Origin: Bacteroidota bacterium
GTDB lineage: Bacteria; Bacteroidota; Bacteroidia; UBA7662
NCBI GenBank assembly: GCA_005799065.1
Contig: SYHW01000069.1
Coordinates: 1-60,300 of the forward strand
Length of the DNA: 60,300 bases
Direction of reading: 5' to 3'
The stretch's first letter is position 1, and each line of letters begins with the position of its first letter. The notes under the pieces were generated by a model. That model worked only from the letters and a program-made list of their open reading frames with translations, had not been told where the DNA came from and ran no database searches. Positions 1 through 7,017 of the stretch are shown one piece after another. The position numbers and the translations under genes were made by a program.

Positions 1-34
1 CAGAAGGTTTGGGGTTCGAATCCCTACGAGACCG
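1..34 (+). tRNA. 3' fragment of a tRNA gene (the window starts inside it; isotype not determinable)
   Basis: The T-arm TGGGG-TTCGAAT-CCCTA lies at 10-26. It is followed by the 7-nt acceptor 3' strand CGAGACC and discriminator G (27-34). No CCA is encoded. A strong hairpin terminator follows directly. Confidence 0.7.
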
Positions 35-41
35 CAAAGAA

Positions 42-70
42 AAAGCCATCCCAAAAGGATGGCTTTTCTT
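42..70 (+). terminator. Rho-independent terminator after the tRNA
   Basis: An 11-bp stem (AAAAGCCATCC 42-52 paired with GGATGGCTTTT 57-67) has a 4-nt AAAA loop. It runs into a T-rich tail. Confidence 0.7.
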
Positions 71-187
71 ATGATCATTATTTTCGTTCCAAAAATGAGA
101 GAACGGCGCCAACCTAGGGTTTTACGCAAGAAAAAAGCCTATAATCCTGTTTAAATATGGCATAAATTGGGCAACCCCCGGGACTTT

Positions 188-1633
188 CTACATCCCCACC
201 CCGTAGTAGGCCTTGGTGCCATTAAGGTAATAACCTTCGAGCAAAATACCATCACGCGATTGACTCAGGAGTCGAGAAAGTTCGGATGGGCTGCCCACAG
301 GGGATTTGTCGACCCGGGTTATAATAAACCCTACCCGAACACCCGCTTGGGCTAACTTGCCTGATGATAGAGCCTTGACCTTGACGCCTTGGTCAATTTT
401 CAAGCTTTCTAATTCCTTGCGGGATGCAGATTCAAAAGTGGCACCTAATGCCGAGGCAGAAGTTCTTTCCGACTCAGCCTTCACCAGTCCAGTCGTGCCT
501 TCAGCGTTTCGAAGTACAACATTAATGGTCTTTTTTTCCCCAAGTCGGTCAACCAAAACACGAACCGTTTCGCCCGGACGCTTACGGCTCACCGCTTCCA
601 TCAACAGTGGAGTGGCCGTTACACGCACATCATCAATTTCCACAATGACATCACCCTTACGGATTCCGGCGTCCTTAGCCGCACTGTTTTCCATATGCTC
701 GGCAACATAGGCCCCAGAATTCACCTTCAAATTCTCTCGCGAAACCAAAGCCGCATCCACATCTTGAATCTGAACCCCAAGATAACCTCTTTGCACAGTT
801 CCATATTTCTTGATGTCTTCAACAACTTTAGCAACAATGTTTGCTGGAACGGCAAAAGAGTACCCTTCATAACTTCCGGTCTGACTGGCGATCGCCGTAT
901 TAATTCCCATGAGTTCTCCTTTCACATTCACCAAGGCGCCACCACTGTTTCCAGGGTTGACAGCTGCGTCAGTTTGAATAAATGCCTCAATGCTTGAACC
1001 ACCACCCAAAATATTGATGTTTCGCCCCTTTGCAGAAACAATACCGGCCGTAACGGTTGAATTCAAATTGAACGGATTGCCCACTGCTAAGACCCATTCA
1101 CCCACCTGCAATCCATCACTATTCCCAAATGAAAGTGTATTCAATCCAGATGCCTCAATTTTTAGCAGAGCCAGATCTGTATTTTGATCGGTACCCACCA
1201 CAGTGGCATTAAAACTACGCTTGTCGTTCAAAACCACTTCAATTTCATCAGCACCTTTTACCACATGGTTGTTGGTTACGATATACCCATCCGAAGTCAA
1301 AATGACTCCAGACCCAGAACCTTGCTGTGGTCCACGCGGAATCTGAAAACCCCGGCCAAAGAAATCCCGAAAGGGATCCATGACCTCGTCTTCGATGGCT
1401 CCGGCAACGCCCCCTTGCTTGGTTTTAATGTGCACCACCGCAGGTGTTGCCAATGCAGATGCCGCAACAAAATTCGGATGTTCCATGATGTGATCTGGAA
1501 AACTCGCTAAATGAATAGGCGCTTGCTCGTTAGGAAAAGCCATCGAGGATCTGGGCATATACCAAATCGCAACGGCGGCACCACCCACCGATCCAAGTAC
1601 AACAAGTGAAAAAAGCAAAAACCATTTTTTCAT
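188..1633 (-). CDS. htrA: HtrA/DegP/DegQ-family periplasmic serine endoprotease with C-terminal PDZ domains
   Basis: 481 aa with an N-terminal signal/TM segment. Trypsin-like catalytic motifs are present: TNNHV (His), DLALLKI (Asp) and GNSGGALVN (Ser). The PDZ-like region contains LGVQIQD...AAKDAGIRKGDVI. Confidence 0.95.
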   Translation of the reverse strand: MKKWFLLFSLVVLGSVGGAAVAIWYMPRSSMAFPNEQAPIHLASFPDHIMEHPNFVAASALATPAVVHIKTKQGGVAGAIEDEVMDPFRDFFGRGFQIPRGPQQGSGSGVILTSDGYIVTNNHVVKGADEIEVVLNDKRSFNATVVGTDQNTDLALLKIEASGLNTLSFGNSDGLQVGEWVLAVGNPFNLNSTVTAGIVSAKGRNINILGGGSSIEAFIQTDAAVNPGNSGGALVNVKGELMGINTAIASQTGSYEGYSFAVPANIVAKVVEDIKKYGTVQRGYLGVQIQDVDAALVSRENLKVNSGAYVAEHMENSAAKDAGIRKGDVIVEIDDVRVTATPLLMEAVSRKRPGETVRVLVDRLGEKKTINVVLRNAEGTTGLVKAESERTSASALGATFESASRKELESLKIDQGVKVKALSSGKLAQAGVRVGFIITRVDKSPVGSPSELSRLLSQSRDGILLEGYYLNGTKAYYGVGM

Positions 1634-1863
1634 ATTCTAATTTTTTATGAGGTTAAGAATGACATAAACTTCAGTTTATTGCCCCAAATGTCCGGCAAGT
1701 ATTCAGACAGCTTGAACACCGTGGCAATTTAAATGTTCAAATTAAAGACCGAAATGATTGAATACGCATATTACGCATCCTATATTAGCCTAAAGGTTCA
1801 TTCCAGGGCTTCAGTCGAATAAAAACAAGCCAAAATGTCCCTTTCGGAAAAAATACTGAAAAA

Positions 1864-2748
1864 ATGTCATTGAACACTGGGTCCGAGAGACAACAAAAAT
1901 TCTACAAGTACCACGGCTGCGGGAACGATTTTATCATCATCGACAATCAAAGTATGGTATCAGATAATCAATATAAGGTATCTGTTAATCAATATAAGGC
2001 ATCAAATTCTAACGATTTAGATTGGCTCAGTGAACAAAAGATCAAAGATCTATGCACCTGGCATACAGGAATTGGAGCCGATGGATTGATTGTTCTGTTG
2101 CCATCGGCACATCATTCGTTTCGAATGGATTACTACAACGCAGACGGGCGAATTGGGAGTTTATGCGGCAATGGCTCCCGATGCGCTGTGCGGTATGCCT
2201 ATGATCTAGGTATGAGGCCCGATGAAACGGGATTATTCCGATTTGAAGCACACGATGGCATACACACGGCTTCTATCGAAGGAGACCGTATTTCGGTTTC
2301 ACTCCTTAACTTTTCAGCACCTGAACCAACACTTCACGGATGGTTTGTGAACAACGGATCCCCGCACTTCTTGATTCCCTCGAGCCATTTAGAAGGTTTA
2401 AATTTGGCATCTGATGGCGCACTGTGGAGACATCATCCGCAATTCAATCCGGGTGGAACCAATGTTAACTTTATTGAAATAAAGAAAAAAAATCACCTGA
2501 TCATTCGAACGTTCGAACGAGGGGTGGAACGCGAAACCAGGGCATGCGGTACAGGGGTCACAGCCGCCGCGGCTTGGTATGCCTCAGTCTACAACAAACA
2601 AAATAGTTATGCAGCCCCGCAGCGCATCATGATTGAAACGCTTGGTGGCGAATTGCAGGTTGAACTTACCGTAGACAACTCCACCATAAAGGATGTTCAA
2701 CTCATCGGACCCGCCACCTTCGTTTTTGAAGGCCACATCAACATTTGA
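1864..2748 (+). CDS. dapF: Diaminopimelate epimerase
   Basis: 294 aa. It carries the N-terminal YHGCGNDFIIID motif, the first catalytic Cys in SLCGNGSRC and the second in TRACGTGVTAAA. Confidence 0.95.
   Translation: MSLNTGSERQQKFYKYHGCGNDFIIIDNQSMVSDNQYKVSVNQYKASNSNDLDWLSEQKIKDLCTWHTGIGADGLIVLLPSAHHSFRMDYYNADGRIGSLCGNGSRCAVRYAYDLGMRPDETGLFRFEAHDGIHTASIEGDRISVSLLNFSAPEPTLHGWFVNNGSPHFLIPSSHLEGLNLASDGALWRHHPQFNPGGTNVNFIEIKKKNHLIIRTFERGVERETRACGTGVTAAAAWYASVYNKQNSYAAPQRIMIETLGGELQVELTVDNSTIKDVQLIGPATFVFEGHINI
1957..1998 (+). repeat. In-frame 21-bp tandem duplication inside dapF (VSDNQYK / VSVNQYK)
   Basis: The two copies are GTATCAGATAATCAATATAAG and GTATCTGTTAATCAATATAAG, with 2 mismatches. 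They start at codon 32 of dapF. Confidence 0.9.
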
Positions 2749-2837
2749 GCTTACATTCACCGTTTTCCATGTCCCCAATACCTTGATTTCTTTGGCCCAA
2801 AATCTTGATTCCGTTGCCACAACGCAGCGCTTTTGAT

Positions 2838-2845
2838 TATTTTTG
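2838..2845 (+). promoter_or_regulatory. Putative Bacteroidota sigma-A -7 box (TAnnTTTG) for glmM
   Basis: TATTTTTG lies 31 nt upstream of the ATG at 2876. A TTG at 2814-2816 gives a 21-nt spacer, as expected for a -33 element. Confidence 0.4.
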
Positions 2846-2875
2846 AGCAAAATTTCGTTTACATTATTTTATACA

Positions 2876-4264
2876 ATGACATTAATTGCATCAATATCAG
2901 GGATTAGAGGCACCATCGGTGGGGCACCAAACGATGGGCTAAGTCCGATGGCTATTGTTCGTTACACATCTGCCTATGGAACATGGTTGCTCAACCAAAA
3001 CAAAGGGAAAGTCGTGGTGGTGGGCCGCGATGCACGCCTTTCTGGCGACATGGTTAATCGACTCGTAACCGCCACCCTCATGAGTTTAGGGATTGATGTC
3101 ATTGATTTGGGACTATCCACCACCCCAACCGTGGAAATGATGGTGCCGCATCTGCAGGCTGCAGGTGGACTCATCTTAACAGCCTCCCACAACCCCGCGG
3201 AATGGAATGCACTTAAAATGCTTGATCATAGAGGTCATTTTCTTTCGGGAAGCGAGGGCGAAGAAGTAATGCACTTGGCCAAAAAAGGTCATTTTACGTA
3301 TGCGGAGGTTGGTCAAATCGGGCAATGCCGCCGATACGACCACGCCATCGCCGAACACATCCGTATGATCCTTGAACTTCCCTTGGTTGATGTTCAAGCC
3401 ATTCGCTCCCGAAATTTTCGCGTGGCCGTAGACGCGGTGAACTCAACCGGTGGCACGGCTGTACCCGATCTGCTGCGTGCTCTGGGTGTTGAGCACATAT
3501 ACACGGTGCATTGCGATCCCAATGGTCGTTTTCCTCATAATCCAGAACCGTTACCCGAGCACCTCGGCGACATCGCCCGTTTGGTTCAGGAATCGGGAAG
3601 TGATCTAGGCATTGTGGTCGACCCGGATGTAGACCGCCTAGCGCTGGTATCGGAAGATGGACGTTTTTTCGGAGAGGAATACACCTTGGTAGCCGTTGCA
3701 GATTATGTTTTGATGCACGAAAATGGTCATTCAGTTTCCAACCTGAGTTCAACTCGGGCGCTGAGGGATGTTGCTGAACGGCATGGTAGGCAGTATTATG
3801 CGAGCGCCGTTGGCGAGGTAAATGTAGTAGAAAAAATGGCTGCCGTTGGGGCGGTCATAGGCGGAGAGGGAAATGGGGGGGTCATTTACCCCAACTTGCA
3901 CGCCGGACGCGATGCACTTCTTGGCATTGCCTTAATATTGAGTCATTTGGCCCGCAGAGGAGGCACCATGTCTGAACTACGGGCTTCTTACCCGGCCTAC
4001 TACATGAGTAAAAACAAGATGGTCCTGCCGGAGCATGCTGATCCCAATCGGCTATTCGATCAACTGGCTGAACGTTTTGCCCATGAGAAACTCAACCGGG
4101 CAGATGGACTGCGCATTGATTTTGAGCAGGCCCGTGAATGGGTTCATTTTAGGCGGTCCAACACCGAACCCATCGTCCGTATTTATGCTGAAAGTCCACA
4201 AACTGGACGGGCAGATGCTTTAGCCCTCGATATGATCAAAAACATTGAAAATCTATTGGCATGA
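2876..4264 (+). CDS. glmM: Phosphoglucosamine mutase (alpha-D-phosphohexomutase family)
   Basis: The phosphoserine loop TASHNPAEWNALK is present, together with the Mg site VDPDVDRL and the sugar loop GGEGNGG. The track ORF begins at a TTG (2843). The ATG at 2876 (MTLIASISGIRG) fits the family N-terminus better. Confidence 0.9.
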   Translation: MTLIASISGIRGTIGGAPNDGLSPMAIVRYTSAYGTWLLNQNKGKVVVVGRDARLSGDMVNRLVTATLMSLGIDVIDLGLSTTPTVEMMVPHLQAAGGLILTASHNPAEWNALKMLDHRGHFLSGSEGEEVMHLAKKGHFTYAEVGQIGQCRRYDHAIAEHIRMILELPLVDVQAIRSRNFRVAVDAVNSTGGTAVPDLLRALGVEHIYTVHCDPNGRFPHNPEPLPEHLGDIARLVQESGSDLGIVVDPDVDRLALVSEDGRFFGEEYTLVAVADYVLMHENGHSVSNLSSTRALRDVAERHGRQYYASAVGEVNVVEKMAAVGAVIGGEGNGGVIYPNLHAGRDALLGIALILSHLARRGGTMSELRASYPAYYMSKNKMVLPEHADPNRLFDQLAERFAHEKLNRADGLRIDFEQAREWVHFRRSNTEPIVRIYAESPQTGRADALALDMIKNIENLLA

Positions 4265-5397
4265 CACGTTTGATCTATTTCGACAATGCCGCCACAACGC
4301 CACTTCACCCCGAAGTGGTTGAGTCTATGCTTGAGCATATGCGCCAAACCCATGGCAACCCCTCATCCATCCATGCCGCAGGTCGATCAGCCAAGGCGGT
4401 TTTGGAAAAATCACGCCGCAGCGTCGCCCAATTAATGGGCTGTGCCCCTTCTGAAATTTTCTTCACCTCAGGGGGAACAGAAAGTGATAATACCGCCCTC
4501 CGTGGCCTTATTGATCGCGGCGAGGTTCATCATCTCATCAGCAGTTCTATTGAACACCACGCAATCACCCATACGCTCGAATACTTAGGAAAGCAACGTG
4601 GAATTCCCATTTCCTGGGTTCAGTTAACGTCCAATGGCCACATTGACCTCAACCATCTACAAACACTGCTTGCGCATGCTAAAAATGCATTGGTTAGCCT
4701 GATGCATGGCAACAATGAGATCGGCAATATGATTGATCTCGATGCCGTGGGTCAATTATGTCGAGCGAATGACGCTATTTTTCACACCGACGCCGTACAA
4801 ACCGTGGGCTACTTCCCCTTTCACTTGCAGAAGATGTCGGTGGATCTTCTCAGTGCATCGGCACACAAATTCAATGGCCCAAAAGGGGTGGGGTTTCTTT
4901 ACATTAGGGCTGGACTGCAACCAGAACCTTTCATCCATGGGGGTGCGCAGGAACGACAGCTCAGGGGGGGTACGGAAAACCTACATTCGATTGTAGGCAT
5001 GACCCGCGCTCTTGAATTGGCTTGTGCCCAAATGAACGAAAAGGAATTGCACATTCGTGGGCTGCGCGAACGTCTCATCGGTCAACTCCGGTCGCGTATG
5101 CCCGAAGTGGCCTTTAATGGGGATGTCGACGGAAGGGCACTTTATACTGTGGTTAACGCCTCTTTTCCGCCACACCCCAACGGTGAGATGCTGTTGTTTA
5201 ATCTCGATATCCAAGGTATATGTGCATCGGGAGGAAGCGCGTGTTCGTCTGGGAGTCAGGTAGGTAGTCATGTGTTGCAAGGCATTGGTGCCGACTCCAG
5301 CCGCCACCATGTGCGCTTTTCCTTAGGCCATCAAAACACAGAAGAAGAGGTAGACTACGTAGTAGAAACTGTAACTAATTTGTTGGCATCCCACTAA
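4261..5397 (+). CDS. Cysteine desulfurase (class V aminotransferase, NifS/IscS-like)
   Basis: 378 aa. The PLP-lysine motif SASAHKFNGPKGVG and the catalytic Cys loop SGGSACSSG are present. An ATGA start/stop overlap links it to glmM. Confidence 0.9.
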   Translation: MTRLIYFDNAATTPLHPEVVESMLEHMRQTHGNPSSIHAAGRSAKAVLEKSRRSVAQLMGCAPSEIFFTSGGTESDNTALRGLIDRGEVHHLISSSIEHHAITHTLEYLGKQRGIPISWVQLTSNGHIDLNHLQTLLAHAKNALVSLMHGNNEIGNMIDLDAVGQLCRANDAIFHTDAVQTVGYFPFHLQKMSVDLLSASAHKFNGPKGVGFLYIRAGLQPEPFIHGGAQERQLRGGTENLHSIVGMTRALELACAQMNEKELHIRGLRERLIGQLRSRMPEVAFNGDVDGRALYTVVNASFPPHPNGEMLLFNLDIQGICASGGSACSSGSQVGSHVLQGIGADSSRHHVRFSLGHQNTEEEVDYVVETVTNLLASH

Positions 5398-5428
5398 CCT
5401 ATAGAAACGACGGGTAGGTATGGAAGAG

Positions 5429-5521
5429 CATGTTACCCGATCGACTGCAGAATATCCAGCATGTTACCCGATCGACTGTAGAAAATCCAGCATGTTACCC
5501 GATCGACTGAAGAAAATCCAG
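5429..5521. repeat. 31-bp tandem repeat x3 that triplicates the 3' end (with stop codon) of the LuxC-like gene
   Basis: The units occupy 5429-5459, 5460-5490 and 5491-5521, each reading CATGTTACCCGATCGACTG[c/t/a]AGAA[t/a]ATCCAG. They differ at only 1-3 positions. Confidence 0.9.
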
Positions 5522-6547
5522 AGTGTTCACACCATCGGCATAATCCCATAGCGTTGGCCTTTGGCTTTGTCCATAGGAAACCACCCCATCCATGAGTTGA
5601 GCCGGGCCCACCACACATTGCCATTGCTCACGAATCGCATGAAGACGATTCACCACGGCCGATTGATCCGAATAATATTGCCAGGTTACGACACTTAATG
5701 CACTAAAAAGCGAATCATCGCGTCGAAGAATGATACCTGGAACAAACTGATGAGGGACCCGATTCATCAAATGCAGGGCGAATTGGAAATCAAAATTGTT
5801 CGCGTATTTGGCATGCATCATGCAATTGTAGGCGCGATCCCGCCAAATTTCGAGCAACAGCTCTACCTGAAAACCTTCCTCGAGCATCAAATGGCGTACA
5901 TTCCGGCAACCTAAACCAAAGTAAGAGAAGACATCATCAGAAAGCTGCATCAGATCTTCATCACGGCAACTTTTACCGATAAAGGCCACAGAAGTTCGAC
6001 TCTTGCGTATGAGGTGCGGTATGTGCGCGAAATAATGTTGAAAATATCGACTACTGTTGTTGCTTCCCGTAGCCACAACCGCTTCAGGTGCCTTCAGTCG
6101 CTCCACCACCTCAAGATGACCTTTTGGCACATGCGTTGAAGCCCTCAAGTGTTCAATAACAAACGACATCAACACAAAATCATCGCTCGAGCATTTCACC
6201 TCGGCCTTGTGCCCTGTTACCAATACAGACAATACATCATGCAATCCGACCCAGGGAATATTACCCGCCAATACCAATCCTACACGACGAGGCTCCGAAG
6301 CCAATCCAACACCATCGATCCAATGAGCGGCGGAGTGCCCCTCTAGCGCTTCGATCCAACCCAAACGCGCCCGTTCGATTTCGTTGGTAGTGAACCACGG
6401 ATTTGCGGCCATGGCCTTTGAATAGAGTGATTCTCGATACGCCGGTTCACCAACTTTCACAAGTGCATCTCGAGCACTAGACAAGATTAGAATAGGATCC
6501 AAAGTTATACTGATTTTCAAAAAATATATGGGCTTAAAACTATCCAT
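5495..6547 (-). CDS. LuxC-family acyl-CoA reductase-like protein
   Basis: 350 aa. The size and overall sequence resemble the Bacteroidota proteins annotated as acyl-CoA reductase (LuxC family). The assignment comes from recalled family resemblance and from the divergent ferredoxin neighbour, not from a catalytic motif I can point to. Confidence 0.65.
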   Translation of the reverse strand: MDSFKPIYFLKISITLDPILILSSARDALVKVGEPAYRESLYSKAMAANPWFTTNEIERARLGWIEALEGHSAAHWIDGVGLASEPRRVGLVLAGNIPWVGLHDVLSVLVTGHKAEVKCSSDDFVLMSFVIEHLRASTHVPKGHLEVVERLKAPEAVVATGSNNSSRYFQHYFAHIPHLIRKSRTSVAFIGKSCRDEDLMQLSDDVFSYFGLGCRNVRHLMLEEGFQVELLLEIWRDRAYNCMMHAKYANNFDFQFALHLMNRVPHQFVPGIILRRDDSLFSALSVVTWQYYSDQSAVVNRLHAIREQWQCVVGPAQLMDGVVSYGQSQRPTLWDYADGVNTLDFLQSIG

Positions 6548-6647
6548 CGATCATCTGAATTCATAAATTAATTTCAAATTTGTTCAAACGAGGCTGATTG
6601 AATTGAATTGAGAACGAATTTTGCGCTGTTAAAAACACCAACACCGG

Positions 6648-6998
6648 ATGGCCATTATCATTACCGATGAATGCATCAATTGCGGAGCCTGCGAACCAGA
6701 ATGTCCCAATCACGCCATCTATGAGGGTGGGGTTGATTGGTCGTATGCCGACGGCACAGGTGTCCGGGGTCATTTTACCGATGCTGAGGGCCAGTCGCTC
6801 GAGGCCAATGAACGCCGGGCGCCTATTTCCGACGATATCTATTATATAGTTCCCGACAAATGCACAGAGTGTGTTGGATTTCACGAGGAACCTCAATGCG
6901 CAGCGGTATGTCCAGTCGATTGCTGCGTGCCCGATCCAGACCGACGAGAATCGCAAGACACATTGCTTTTGCGTAAAGCCCATTTACACCTTGACTAA
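6648..6998 (+). CDS. 4Fe-4S dicluster ferredoxin
   Basis: 116 aa with two cluster motifs: [12 protein letters not shown] and [22 protein letters not shown]. Confidence 0.9.
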   Translation: MAIIITDECINCGACEPECPNHAIYEGGVDWSYADGTGVRGHFTDAEGQSLEANERRAPISDDIYYIVPDKCTECVGFHEEPQCAAVCPVDCCVPDPDRRESQDTLLLRKAHLHLD

Positions 6999-7017
6999 GC
7001 CCACAGCTGAACGAAGC

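Noticed and set aside
1-34. Possible tmRNA 3' end, given the GGTTCGAATCC T-loop.
   Set aside because: The acceptor 3' strand CGAGACC-G does not match the tRNA-Ala-like tmRNA acceptor, and no CCA is encoded. An ordinary tRNA is simpler. The isotype is left open.
306-1510. Long alternative-frame or antisense ORFs inside htrA (306-710, 695-997, 1184-1510). Similar ones occur elsewhere, for example 3294-3752, 7300-7824, 14137-14607, 30620-31019 and 56954-57451.
   Set aside because: They lie entirely within strongly supported genes, have no recognisable motifs and show low-complexity Arg/Ser/Pro-rich composition. These are typical shadow ORFs.
1634-1863. Possible lysine riboswitch or other leader upstream of dapF. 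The same was considered upstream of the dapD operon at 37558-37711.
   Set aside because: I could not find the conserved lysine-riboswitch core or any extended conserved-looking helices. The regions look like plain AT-rich promoter spacers.
5429-5521. Possible CRISPR-like or DGR-like repeat array. The same question was considered for the other tandem repeats.
   Set aside because: The units are directly abutting with no spacers, and no cas or reverse-transcriptase genes are in the window. Mismatches between copies are not adenine-specific.
6871-7017. Apparent out-of-frame overlap of the Ddl ORF with the ferredoxin gene.
   Set aside because: The Ddl N-terminal beta-strand motif (IRIGVLMGG) begins just after the GTG at 7018, so the upstream 49 codons are read-through of an open frame, not coding sequence.
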